Assembly: GCA_965637545.1 (NCBI GenBank)
Contig: OZ281497.1
Location: forward strand, 19,096,001 to 19,160,000
Source: Phallusia mammillata
Taxonomy: Eukaryota
Length of the DNA stretch: 64,000 bases
Direction: 5' to 3'
The notes beneath the pieces are model-generated. The model did not search any database. It was given only the letters and a program-made list of their open reading frames with translations, and was not told where the DNA came from. A program made the translations under genes and the position numbers. Every line of letters begins with the position of its first letter. Position 1 is the stretch's first letter. Positions 10,708-23,792 of the stretch are shown here, piece after piece.

Positions 10708-13700
10708 TCACATATTAAGCCCTGGCTCACCCTCAAAACGACCCTCGTCATCAGACAACGTGGACCAAGCGTCTGATCCCTCGTCGCTGAATCCCATGTT
10801 TGATGATGAAAAACCACTGAAGCTAGAAAAAGACATACTGTTGCTATCCCCATCGTCATCATCTGCGTCATTGTCGTCGTCATCATCATCTTCATTATTC
10901 CCATCTTCTTCATCTTCGTCCCCTCCCATGTTTCTTTCGTCTTCCTCCTCGTCCTCATCTTCGCCTAATTAACAGGGAAATTGAGATGTACAGTTTGTTA
11001 GAAAAATGGGTGAAAGTAAACTTCTGTGTTTAAGTAAGAGTCAAGTTATACTTCAGTGTATTGATTCCGTTGGTGTACATAGCAGTGAACACCACGACAT
11101 ACGACAATAAGGCGGCACGGAAAACTAAGGTCACAGCTGTAAGCTTTAAAGTTTAAACGCTTTATTACTGGGGCAATTCAGGATTGCAAGTTAATTCATC
11201 TTCCTCAAAAATCGCCCATACCAACATTCTACGCGATGACTCTGTTTTCAGAAGTTCACGGCTGTGAGAATATTTTTATTTTCGTTTCTGGACCAATTAT
11301 CTATATTCAATACCGTTCCAGGGTTGCTTTTTTTATTTACGTGCTTTGTATGCATATCAAACCCAAGCAACTAGCGTTACTCACCTCTTAAACGTCCAAT
11401 CTCATACAATCGACAAACGCTCACTGAAGGCTGGTCCCAATCCGGCTCGTTGGTTTGTCTCTGCAGAGAAAAGGTGGCCCTTTTGTTGCGATGACTTTTG
11501 AAATGTCGATTGGGTTGGGGTTGGTAATTAAAATAGTATTACCATTTGGTCTTATTTACCCTTAACCGATGGGGCTTCTATATACTATGCCACGTCATGC
11601 ACCATCTTTATTACTGTGCTTTGTTGGCCGTCTAACCACTGTTTACAAACTAAGTTACTGTGTGCGATATGAAAATACTGAACAAGCGTTTCGTCCGCCA
11701 GGTTGCATATTTAACAAATTGTCATTAAAAAAATAGTTTGTTTGGTAAATGTGCGTAATTAACCCATCCTACCTCGATTACTGCAATGTTACTGTCCTTT
11801 CCGTCCACAGCGAAATCGTTGATAACTTGCTTAGTGTCGGTGACGCTTAGTGGGCAGTATTGTTGTGCGTCGATGGTCTGGAAAGTCTTGGAGTTTGAGG
11901 TTAAGTCTTCCAGCTCAAACTCCTCTTCCAAGTGGTGGTTGACAGTTTGTGCTAAGAAACATACGAAAAAGGTTGAAACTTGCTTTCACCTCACAGAGCG
12001 AAAAATACGCTTTGAACAAACTGCAACCTTTACCTGCAAACATAACCGTCCCAGTGTTGTTGAAGCGAATCGTGCAGTCATCAATGCTCGGTACAGTGTT
12101 AAGCAGATGGTAGTTGCGTAAATCCCACTTTGTTTCAAATTAGTATGTTAAGGAACAGGACGTCAAAAAACGAAAACAGAATTGCCTTGTCTGGAGGTCA
12201 ACTTTGTGACGACAATTATAAAACAGAAATGGCGGCAAGGCGGCCAACCAGTTCAGTTTTTTTCTGCATTGTAGAATGAATATGTATTCCCATGCATGAA
12301 GTTCTTGATTCGCTTTTTTATACGTCAGATATGTGAATTACCGTCACCATAAATATGAAAGACTGCAATAAATGTTATGCACCTTGATTTAGTTACAATG
12401 TTTGTTGTTCATTATCGAACAAAATAATTTTCTTTAGCATCTTATTTTACTCTTAAACATACGGCCCAATTATGAAAAGGGGGTTAATTGCTGGGAGTAC
12501 AAAAGTTCAACAAACTACAAACTGTCAAAATTTTCGCAAAAAAGAAAGAAAAAAACAGTATGTGCTCGCTGTGGTAGGCGAGCTTATAACACTAAAATGA
12601 TTAAAAAAGGATACGATCTCTGTGTTGATGATTACTTCCACCCCTTGCGGGTGAAAAACGCCGGAAACTTTGTTACTAAATTTGTCGAATTTGTGGATTG
12701 GTTGATCTCCGCTCATTCTAACGTCCCACAATAAACCATCTGATAACACCAGTTCGTCATCGTAGGAGAACGTCGCCCTGTTCCGCGAGTAAAGACTAGC
12801 AAGGTCTCTTCGTTCCAGCGTTTGAATTTTCTGACCTGTCCGTGCGTCGTATATCTGTGGTGTAATAAGGAATAAAAAATATGAAATAAAAAGGGAATTG
12901 ACATGATGTTTTTTTCCACGGGGTTCGAACCCAGGAAGCTCCGAGTGCGAATCCCGAGACTGTACATGTGTCAAGCGAAAAAGGCTATTAGTCCCAGTTC
13001 CAAAACTTTTAGTATAGGCTAATGTATTGCAGTAATTGTATGGACTATACTAATTTGATCAAGTACTATAGTAATGGAAATGCTGGGAAAATCTGATGTC
13101 ACCCACATCTCAACAGAGTAAAAATTACTTAAAAACTCATCTTGGAAATTTTAGTGAAATGTAACCACAAGTGTTAAAGTTTCGTTTTCTTGCAAGAGTA
13201 ACTAGATAAAAGACAAACGAAGTGAAAACGTCACACAAACCAACCATAGCCGCCGAGTTTTTCGTCCCTATCACACGATCTTGAACCTTTTTTGAGAATT
13301 CAGCGTACGAAGCTCCTTGGAAAGTCGCACTGCAAGTAGATCACACCAATTTATATCGACCCTTAGCTTTGAATTTCTCGATCATAACATAGTCTTGTTG
13401 TACCTTATTTCAAGCTTGTCCAGGCAAAATATGCTGCATTCACTGTGCCAGGGACCGACGGCCACAAAGAGAATTCTCTTGTCGTCATTTGCAGGTTCCA
13501 CTTTGATAATAGGAGCACTAGCGCAACCTTCAAACACACGATCCTGCTCTGAGTGAAGACTTCGGATCGCCAAGTCACCCTGATAGTTGCCCAAAATCAT
13601 GTTGGAATCGTCTGGCTGAAATTGAAGACAAAGTAATGGCTTTATCGTGGTAAATAGACCAGCATGGCGCAATGTAATGAAAATACCGATTGGCAATGGT

Positions 13701-16700
13701 TTTGCAGTTGATACTGGTTGTTAAGAGTATATGGGTATTGGCTACATGCCATTCAAAAACGACATCTGAAATCATTTGCAATATGATATGTTAAAACACC
13801 CAGTCAGTTGACCAAAGTGATGCAATTATAGTGTTGATTACGTCAGGACCGCGAGTTTTAACGTCCATTGGTTTATTTCTTACTTAAGACATATGCAGTC
13901 AAAGTATGAACCAAATAACAATCCTTCTCTCTATTGTAGCGAACCCAATGTTTTGAACATTTACCGAACCAATTCACAAGCAAAAATTTTTCAAATACCA
14001 TGAATTTTTAAACCCAGCTTACCGAAAATGCGCAGCAGGTGTATGGGACCTCGTCGTCGTCAGGTGACCGAAACAAAACACTGGGTCGGAATCTGCTGTA
14101 AATAAACTGACGATCGCATGCTGAACCTCCAACACCTCCACACTTGGGTGCGATCTGTCTTCTCATACACCTCGAGCTCACGTTCACTGGGGCTTCGACT
14201 CTGTATCTTGGTTCCGGGCAGTAATGCTTCCTGTGTCATATATAAAATTTTCATTAATGACCAGTATGTTCCAATTTAGCGTTTGAACAGCACTAGTTTA
14301 AAGGGGAAAAATGTAACAAAAGTCGTGTGGGAATGTAAAATATGTTTATATCCTTACAGGGTTAAGGGTTCCCAGCCTAAACTTTTGAATTCCGCAATAT
14401 TAAATACACGTTTTGGTTGTGAAAACCCCAAAAAGATTGATAACAGAATTTGGTTCAGTTTGCAAAAATATTTGAACAATTTTAAACAATGCTCATTCCG
14501 ACTCAATACCGTTTCATAGGCAAAGTTCGGCTTGTAAAAAATGTCACTGAATACAATGCTGCGAAAAGCATAGGGCCTAAGGCGAAGCAACAACTCACTT
14601 TAATAAGGAAAACTCAGGGACCGTGACCACAGGATTTTTGCACTGGGAATGCTGGTTCTTAAGGTAATCCGCTACGATGGTACTGAGTGTTGGTTTGGGT
14701 GACGAACTACGTTTATCTGTCTCCTGTAAAATGTCCAACATTCCCGGTTGCACCACAGTCACTCTACCGCTAGTGGAGAGACGACATCGCTGTAGCGAAG
14801 AGGATCCCCATGCATCTCCCGAACTGCACTCGCCCTTCACTTTGACCTTGCACCTCTGTGTAAGAAAACTTTTTGAATTATTTTTTTTGTCGATTTATGT
14901 GAAGTGTTTCTGCACATGGAGCAGTATCAAGACCGAACAAAAAACAAATCTTTGCCTGCCAAATGTCACAGGTTCTTCTTTTGGCGTTTTAAAACAATTA
15001 CTATCCGAATTAAATAGAGAGCAGGTCTTCAAACCACTCATGTTACAATTATCAGTCTCCTTTTCCAGTTTAATCAGTTGAATGAAAGACAGAAGATGTA
15101 GCGATTTTGATTGAACATAACGCACCTTGGGTGTAGGAGTGCATAGCAACGAGGAATAGGATTGAAGAGTGGGAGTGATCCCAGAGGCGTGACTTCCCCG
15201 GCTGAACGAAATTCTTCTGTTCACTGGAGTTGCATCTCCAGAACCATTAAGCGACTGCAACAAATAACTAGAAGCTTAAATAACACAACACGAACTCCCC
15301 TCACACACAAAATTAAGAAACAAACGGCATTCAAACGAGCAAAAAAGCCATGATAACCTTACAACTTACGGTTCGGCCAGAGGTTTTTGGTGTAAGGAAG
15401 ACCCCAGTGCTGGTGGTTGTAGGAACATGGAGTGAAGCTTCGCGTGCAAGTGTTGAAGCGGAGTGGTGTAAACCTGACCAGTTAAGATGGTTGTGAATCA
15501 TTTGAAGCAACTCGCGATTGTCGAAACGGATCACAGTTTGTGAGACGATGTGAGCCTGAAAAGATCACCTTGTTTTTAAGTGGGGTTTCAATCACAAAAG
15601 TTTGTAGCTGATGTGTTTCGAGATGTGTGCGATGGAACTTGTTTACCAGAAAAGTGAGTACACAGTTAAAATAAAACAGTTTTCCATGAAATGCTCTACA
15701 TGTGATGGCGATGTTAGTGGATGTAATGTCTTCGCAATAAACAGGGTTACCGCGCAATTTTTGTTTATAAATTCCATGACTTTTCACAAACTTTTTAAGA
15801 AAAAAAAAGAATTTCCATAACCTTAATCGAAAAAACTCGAGCAATTACCATAGCAAAACTAGAAAAGAGACTTTGGTATATGTAGCCAGTTTACCATACT
15901 TGCAACAAATATATATACAAACGTTAGATAATTTGAAATTCCTATCTCTAACTGGCATTTTCAGGCACCAAATTCCATACTTTTTCAAGGACTTTTGCAA
16001 TAGTTGGCTTTTTTCAAAACTTTTCCAGACCTTAAAAATACAAATTTAAATTCTATAACCTTTCCAGGTTTTCCATACCCGCGGGAACCCTGAAGAAAGT
16101 GCTATTGTGGATAAATGGATAACAGTATCGTTTTCTATTATTTAATCAATCAAGTAGGTGCAGATTGGAACAATTAAAGTTTAAAAACATATAAATAAAC
16201 ACATAAACTCACTTTTATCATACTGTCCAAATCCATATGCATTGAACTTGGTTTTCCAGAAACTCGACCTGTGAACACAAAAAGGGCGGTTGTAAAGAAA
16301 TAGTGAAAGTACAACAACTTAATTTGCCACAATAAAATAGCAAGTTTACTTGGGGGAAAAACATCCGGTCATCAGCAATTTTGTGCTCTATCATTGAAAT
16401 CGCAACAAACTATTGCACAGCTTATGCAAATTTTTCATTTCTTTTAGTTACTTCAGACCAGACATTCTACCAACTTCAAGATGAAGCACGTCACATAACT
16501 AAACTCAGTTGTCCAATCACATGCAACATTAAAAAAATGGTTTAACTTTACCTGTTAACTCCTCCATAAATTTACAAAAGCGGGCATGATGCTTTCTTCG
16601 ATCCTGCATAATTGGGGCTCTTGTCAAAAATTGGATTTGGCCATTATTGAAAGTTGGAAGTTTTGAGATGATTTGCTTGACTGTTTCACATCGGGTAAGA

Positions 16701-19700
16701 CCACATAATGCCTTGTGAAAAAAGGGTGTTAGTAAAAGTTCAATCAGAAAACAATGTTCATATTTGGCATATTTATTAACAATCAACCCAATGGACTATT
16801 TAACACTCTCAACAAATGAATAGTTAAATAAAAATAATAAATTGGCTATCAATCAGTTTTTCACACACACTTTGATTGTAAGTTTGCTATCATAAAGATA
16901 TTTTTCAAGCTATTTGAGAAACTTGCAATTCACCTTGCATGCAAGCATTCGATTGACATCCGCATGACTTGCTGGTTGAGTCATCATCAACAGCTGAAGG
17001 AGTATCTAAATAGACACAGAAACAGATTTAAATGTGTTGGTTCAAATACGCTTTTTATAATGTACCTTAATTCCATTTTTGTTTTTTACACACTTCCAAA
17101 GTTTCTTTTTTCCCTCATCAGTGGATTTTGCTATCACTTTGGTCTGTGGCGTGCCATTGATTACTTTTCCCATTGCACCATCAAACTACATAAAGCATGT
17201 GAGATAACCAACGTTTGACAATATTCTTTGGTTCAATTATAAAACACAAACCTTATACTGGGAGCCACAAACACAGTTGATAATCACGCACAAGGCTGAG
17301 CGCAAAACTTCTGGTTCCGGGGGTGAACCATAGTTTTCATCAAGTTCGGTTACTCGCAAAATAAGACTGTAAAATGTACAAAAGTATAAGTTAGTTTAAA
17401 AATGTTGAATTTTCAATAGGTGATACCATGCATTGAAGATTGCATGAGGATTTTGATCCCAAACCTATTGTTTGTTAAAACTCACATTTAATAGGGATGG
17501 GCCGAACCGAGCCAGAACCCGAGTGCTCGGTACCGAGCATCGCTGTTTTTGATGCTCGGTGCTCGGCCGAGCAGTTGCAAAAACTGACCCGAGCGTTAAA
17601 TTTGCATATTCATGCCCTGCTAACATACGAAACTAGCGTTCTAAAGGGTGTCTATGAACAAAAACGAATGATTTTTCAAATGTATTAGATAGTGGAAAAA
17701 CGCGTACTTAAAGGGCATGTACAGCTTAATAAAACACCGCCGGTGACGTAAGAGACTTTGTAGAGCTAAAACGTACAAAGGGGATTTTTGTGACGTCATA
17801 ATGCACCGAGCGTGCTCGGCCGACCACCGAGCATTAAAGTGAGATGCTCGGTGCTCGACCAAACAGAACATTTGCAATTTTGGCACATCCCTAACATTTA
17901 ATGCTTGGAAATTTACATTTTAATTATTTACAAGCAATTAACCAAAAACAGCTGAAATTTTGAAATGCCTTAAAGCTTAGTAATTTTAGATAGACAATTA
18001 AGTATAGCAGAATTTCAGAAAGCTACTCCCGTGTCACGTGGAAAGCTCCAGTGTACTGCAGGTTGTGAACCATTGGTTGACAGTAAAAAAAAATATTATA
18101 AAAAGGTTACAACAACACCAACCCGACTCCATTGTCTCCAACTTCCGGTAAACTGCCTTGTTCACACAACTGTGCTTGTGCTTTAGGAGAAAGTGATACA
18201 ACAGCAAGACAGTTAAGTGCTGATTTTAAGGTGTCTGTTTGACCAATGTATGTTGTCCAATTCAAAGCAAGTGAAATGACCTGATAAAGAATTTGCATAG
18301 CAAGCATAGAAGCTGAAGTCTTAAACAACACACATCAAAATTTAAGAAAAGTTTGCTATACCTGAACAAGCAACTTTACCCCATCCAGTTTTAAGAAGTT
18401 TTGAATAGGTTGCCAATTAGAGAGGCAGGAGTTGGTCACAGTATTATTCTGATCTTCCAAATCCAGGAGGAAGTGCAAATTTTCAATCACAGTTTCAGGG
18501 TCTGGAGCCACAATCTGTTTAGAAGGAGAGTTAACAAAAAAACAAACTTTGTTAAAAGGCATTGTTAAAAATTCACTTACCTTTGAAGAAGTAGCATCAG
18601 AGATATCCCAAGCTGGCCGAGGTACTAACTTCTTTGCCAGAGTAACTTTAAGCATTAGGTGAGTTTCAAGGTACCTGCATTAAAAAAAAAAAACTTTGTG
18701 ATCACATAGTATTTTCAGTATTTGGAGTTGGCAATACCTTTTTATTGTTTGACATGTATTGCGGGCTGCTTGTCTGCAAGTAAACAAGTCTTCTTCCTCC
18801 AGCGAGGCCTCAAACTCTTCTTGACGCATAATCCGCAAGGTACTGATAATGTTCAACAAGTATCGCAGACCATTCTAAACAAAGCAGATTTATTAATTAA
18901 TATACAGATGTTTAGAAATAAAATGTATCTTACATGCTGATCAAACAGTCTTAAAATGACTTTAAACTGGAATGCAGTGGAGAAAAACAATGCAGCATGA
19001 CACCTTCCTGATTCATGAGAGCATTCAAGCAGCCATGTTGCGTATTTCACCAAACTGTTTAAAATCTGAAACACATATGTTTATTATATTTTTTTTTAAT
19101 ATTCGAAAAATATACAATCTTTACCTTATTTGGTAACTGACAAACCCGCTCCATTGCATCAAGGTTGTATGCCAAGTAATACAGACAAAGAGAAACACCA
19201 GTGGCACCCATTGATGGTCGTCGAACTGATAACAACCTTTCTATTCCATTTTCTTCAATGAACTTGGTGGTAATCTAAATGGGAAAGATCTTTTTTAACA
19301 AAAGTAGTGGAAATTTATATATAAATATGTATGAATTTGCTTAGGTGTTTCTTGCAATTAACAGGAATATGCAATTAAATGGAATACTTCCTTTACAATT
19401 AACTTGCCACAGTTTGGAAAGCAGTATGCAATAAAATAGAATTTGCAATTTTTCACTGAAATCCTCTGTTTAGTTACAAAGAAAACTATTTAGACTAATC
19501 TCTTCGACAAACCTTGTTGTGACAGAGCAATGAGGCAAAAAATCTTAAAGCTGAAAATGTTAGCAGTCCATCATTTGTACTGCTCTTCTTTAAGTAGTGT
19601 TTAACCAAATCAAGGGCATTATACTCCAGGAATATGGACAAGAGGTCCTGATATTCACCTGAAAAACAAGATTGGAAGATGATTTTCTTATGGTTACAGA

Positions 19701-22534
19701 TATATCTCAGACCATATTGTGTTAATACCAACCTAACGGTTTAAGAAAATTGAGGATACATCTTTCACAGATACCACTAGAAAGGGGAGGGGCTAAGCTA
19801 AAACTACACCCAATAACAACTGGCATCATTTCAACCCTGCAAAATTTGAGTAACAGTAAGTTTCTAAAATTTCAGTTAACCACGAGCACAAGACATATAC
19901 CAACTACTGTTGCTGACATCATTTTCAAAACACTCTGATTCCAATGGGAAACTAATAATTGGTGTAGTCAATCCACTTGAAGAGTTACAGTTTTCTTCAA
20001 TATTGGCAGCAACAACAGGACTGCTGTCAGTGTTGTCACTTTTAATATGTAATTGAGTTGGAGGTTTTTCGAGTCGTCTTAACTTCTGCTTTTTCAAAAT
20101 GTCCCCTGATAATTTTCTTTTCTTCCTATTTGATTCTTTGCTCTCATTTTGTACATAAGGTCGATTTCTAGCGGCAGAAGTGTGAGGCTCAACTTGTGGA
20201 CTGACCGGCTGTACAGTTTCAGAGGGTGAAGAGGTTTCCTCGGCATACTTTCCGGGTTGTATGAGGTTCCATAGGCGCCTCAGTAAGACTGGCACCTTAA
20301 TGTGAAATAAGAGCAAAGCTATAATTGTGTTAATGCAGCCAAACTACAACAAATGAACCAACCAATGAAGTATTGTCTGCATGGTGATCTGCAATGATAG
20401 CTTGGTTTTCAACAGCATAAGCCAAGATCCCAACAGCATATGTCTGTAGCGGTTCTGGTTTACTTGCAGCCCATTGATACAGGATTGAAAGAATGTCAGA
20501 CTAAAAAAAGTCATGTAAACACCACACAAATGGTCTGACAATGTGACAACTAGTGATGCACCGAAGTTTCGGTTGGCCGAAACATTTCGCCTGAATCCTT
20601 GGTTTTCCAATGTTTCGGTTTCGGCCCGAACTTTTTTATTGCATGGAATTAAGGCCTTAAATTTTATTTCGACCTTATTACGAAACATCATAAATTAACT
20701 ATTGTTGTATCTATAAAATACGAGCCACGTTGTCTGTAAAATATTTGATGTTTAGTAGTGATGGGACGGGTACCCGGTACTCGGTATCGATGGTATCGAA
20801 CGATTTCAGTGGTATCGATACTCGTACTCGGTATCGAAATATTTTGTCTCAGTTTTCGATACCAACACGCGAGTATCGAAGGCCGATTTACACTATAAGA
20901 ACACTGTAAACTTTGTGCCAATATATGCTTCGGACAGTACAAATTTGGGAAAAAATTCCGCCCGGTTACGTATTTTTATCGCTATTGTATGGAGATTACT
21001 TTTTTCTGCATGTGTGTGTGCACGCCTGTACGCCGACCATGGCAGATAAATTAGCAGGTGATATACAACTAAGTACAACACTGCACTTAAGTACTCGGTA
21101 ATCGTACTCGGTACTCTGTATCGAAGGTATATACATGTGGTACTCGTACTCGGTACTCGCTTCAAAAACTGGTATCGTCCCATCACTAATGTTTAGTAAA
21201 GCTCACGCATTGTGATTTTAGTGTGTCAAAATTGAGTTCACTCGCATCAACAACACAAGGTTCAGCTAAAAACATCCATAAGAAAGGGGATTTTAGGTTC
21301 GGCCTGTTCCGGCCAAAACTATTAGGCTTCATGGCTGAATATTCGGTTTCGGCCCGAACCTTTATAGATGGGTTCGGTGCATCACTAGAGACAACACACT
21401 TACATTATTACTAAACAAGCTGTATGCATCAAGTCCTGGCATGATTGCAAGAAGACATCTGGCAGCAGCTTCCCTCAATAAAACCATATCTCCAGCTTGT
21501 AAACTTGCACCGCTCCTTGACTTAATGTAGTTGTCAACCAGTTCATCCATAAAATCATCCTGTTTAGCCAGTGCCTTAAGCAGCTTTCCAAATTTGCAAG
21601 AGGGCATGGTGTAAGCTGCAGACATTGTTTTTTTGAAATTTGAATGAAGGACAATTAAAATCTGCCTGAGGATTAAGTAATAAAGTTAACATTACCAGGG
21701 TGGCGATCATCAAAAGGATCAGGATCCTGCTTGTGGAATTCTGCTGCTTCATTTTCAAATCGAACTGACAATCTGTTACAATGACAAAATATTTAAGTAC
21801 GTGACATATTCATTAATGCTAGTATTTTTTTTATCATATATATTTTTTAAACCAGGGCTGCTTAGTCAAAAGGTTTATGTTCTGGCACTAATTACTTGTG
21901 TTTGTACTTGTCTTACTTCAATTCCTAAAATGTCATTAATTGTCATTTTGGTTTAAAAGGGTTACAAATAGAGACACCGAATATTCGGTGTGCCGAATTT
22001 ATTTGGCTGAATTGGCTATTTTTGCAAAGATTCGTTTTTGGCCAATAATTTGTTGCGTTTCGGCCTAAACCAAATCTTTTCTTATGTAAAACACACTCCG
22101 TACGACTTCACATGACGTTATAAATGATTCGGTTGATTTGGCAGAGTTTATTCGGCAAAACTGCCGAATATTCGGTTTCGGCAGACCCGAAATTTAGCCG
22201 ACTTGGTACATCACTAGTACCATCATCACTAGCACAAGTACTTTTTTGACAAAATAAAAATGTATATACTTAAAGTAGCACAAAATGCAAACAAAAGTAA
22301 ATTCTTGAGGCAGAATACCATCTTTAACACAACTGCAGTTGTGCAATCCCATGGGATTTGAAAATCAGAAAAAAATCTCTGACATGAACTCTTTACTTAA
22401 ACAGCTAATATTAACAAAAACACTAACTTAGTTAGGAATGGAACTGGATCATAGTCAGTTTCAGCATGTTTTGACGTCCACTCTTCCATCAGTTTGTTGA
22501 TTTCATTTTTACAGTCATCAGCCATCGAAGACAT
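10708..22534 (-). CDS. DCAF1: DDB1- and CUL4-associated factor 1 (VprBP), about 27 exons
   Basis: Start [19 protein letters not shown] at 22534. Checked exons include 22534-22428, 21772-21696 ([10 protein letters not shown]), 21615-21404, 20500-20363, 13615-13404, 13329-13245 (QDRVIGTK), 12854-12615 (HKFDKF..VIINTEI), 12127-12034 (WDLRNYHLL), 11951-11773, 11460-11385 (VCRLYEIGR) and 10964-10708 (acidic tail). Also [14 protein letters not shown], a LisH motif ([10 protein letters not shown]) and [13 protein letters not shown]. Collinear with human DCAF1 as I recall it. Confidence 0.96.
12916..12960 (-). mobile_element. tRNA-derived (SINE-like) fragment in a DCAF1 intron
   Basis: The - strand reads TCGGG-ATTCGCA-CTCGG..CTGGGTTCGAACCCCG: an anticodon-like arm plus a B-box/T-loop. 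No acceptor stem or D arm. Confidence 0.3.
15742..16092. mobile_element. Non-autonomous TIR element (probably hAT-related), 351 bp
   Basis: Ends CAGGGTTACCGCG / CGCGGGAACCCTG (12/13 inverted match), with internal TTTTCCAG/TTCCAT motifs. No TSD recognisable. Confidence 0.55.
17492..17893. mobile_element. hAT (Ac-like TAGGGATG termini) MITE, 402 bp
   Basis: TAGGGATG..CATCCCTA. Perfect 8-bp TSD ACATTTAA (17484-17491, 17894-17901). Many CCGAGCA/TGCTCGG subterminal motifs. Confidence 0.92.
20551..21387. mobile_element. hAT MITE (outer element of a nested pair)
   Basis: 15-bp perfect TIR TAGTGATGCACCGAA. TSD GTGACAAC/GAGACAAC (7/8). Confidence 0.88.
20756..21188. mobile_element. hAT MITE nested in the preceding MITE, 433 bp
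   Basis: 13-bp perfect TIR TAGTGATGGGACG. Perfect TSD ATGTTTAG (20748-20755, 21189-21196). Repeated GGTACTCG/GGTATCG motifs. Confidence 0.92.
21969..22216. mobile_element. Decayed hAT MITE related to the 20551 family
   Basis: Right end ..TACATCACTA and degenerate left end TAGAGACACCGAATATTCGG. Shares AATATTCGGTTTCGGC with the outer element near 21338. No TSD. Confidence 0.5.
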
Positions 22535-22984
22535 GATGAAATCAATCAAGTCCAGTAACAAAAAATACTGTTGCACTTGCTTGGGAATGAAAACAGTTAT
22601 TTATCTTAGTTTCTGCAATACCACATAAAGCGAGTTTCCAGCTGGATGTGGAAATGGTTTGCTGGCCCGATTTTCAGGTTAACATTAAAAATTAAAATAA
22701 CATTTTGTATGAAGCACAGGGTAGTTGGACAAAATGACACAACTGCGCTATATTTCTATTGTAAGATGTAATATCTGGTTAATGTGTTGCCTATTTAACA
22801 AAGTTTGCAATATTTGTCTAAAAATTATCCGAGTTCTATCAGCTACATGGCCATAAATGATGTAACATTTTTTGTAGAAAGAAGTAAACAAAACCGGAGC
22901 CGAGAACAAACATGCGCGCTATATGTCGCGTGTCGCGTATTTTTGTCGCGTTTGTGTTCTCTATGGCTTGGTCAACTTATTTTG

Positions 22985-23539
22985 TATGGTGCGCCGTTGT
23001 CGAATAAATTAAGTTGCCGCAACTTAATTTTTTCGACAACGGCGCCTTAAGGTCGTTTTGAAACCAAACAAAAACTTGCAAGATAGCTAAGTTGTGGCAA
23101 GTTAAGTTATCTTGCGGCAACTTAGTTACTTGCGTCGCAAGTTAGCTAACTTGCAACGCTTAGTTGCCGCAAGTTAGCTAAGTTTTGTTGCAAGTTAGCT
23201 AAGTTGCCGCAAGTTAGCCAACTTGTGACGTTAAGTTATCGCAAGTTAGCTAAGTTGCCGCAAGTTAGCTAACTTGCGACGCTAAGTTGCCGCAACTTGG
23301 CTAACTTGCAACGCTAAAGTTGCGTAAGATAGCTAACTTGCGACCCTAAGTTGCCGCAAGATAATCTACATTGCGGCAAGTTAGCTAACTTGCAACGCTA
23401 AGTTGCTGCAAGTTAGCTATGTTTCGTTGCAGGTTAGCTATCTTGCTGCAACTTAGCTATCTTGCAGCAACTTAGCTATCTTGAGTCGCAAGTTAGCTAT
23501 CTTGCTGCAACTTAATTTATTCGACAACGGCGCCCCATA
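22985..23539. mobile_element. Foldback-like element with 33-bp TIRs and an internal palindromic array
   Basis: TIRs TATGG(T/G)GCGCCGTTGTCGAATAAATTAAGTTGC match at 32/33 (22985-23017 vs 23507-23539). The interior is built from GCAAGTTAGCTA-type modules. The terminal TA could be a TSD. Confidence 0.75.
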
Positions 23540-23644
23540 TGTTTGAGGCTTTGAGCTATAGTTAATCATAGATACTACTGTGTCTGTGTGTAGGACATAT
23601 GGGTTAATTGGGTGAAAAATTGTAAGTCAATGCATACCTATGTA

Positions 23645-23792
23645 CAGTGGTAGGATTCAGCCGGTTCGTACCGGTTCTATAGAACCGTCTCACGAAATTT
23701 TATGAGATAAGCGAACCGGTTAGCATTACTGGTTGCTGTCAATGGACTTTTTGTTACAGAACCGGCTGACAAAAAATTGAACCCCACCATTG
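23645..23792. mobile_element. hAT MITE, 148 bp
   Basis: Ends CAGTGGTAGGATTCA / TGAACCCCACCATTG. TSD CCTATGTA/CCTATGCA (7/8). Internal GAACCGG motifs. Confidence 0.8.

Noticed and set aside
10626-10972. Poly-Ser ORF (10760-10972 +) and Met/Thr-rich ORF (10626-10958 -)
   Set aside because: These are antisense and alternative-frame shadows of the Asp/Glu-rich last exon of DCAF1.
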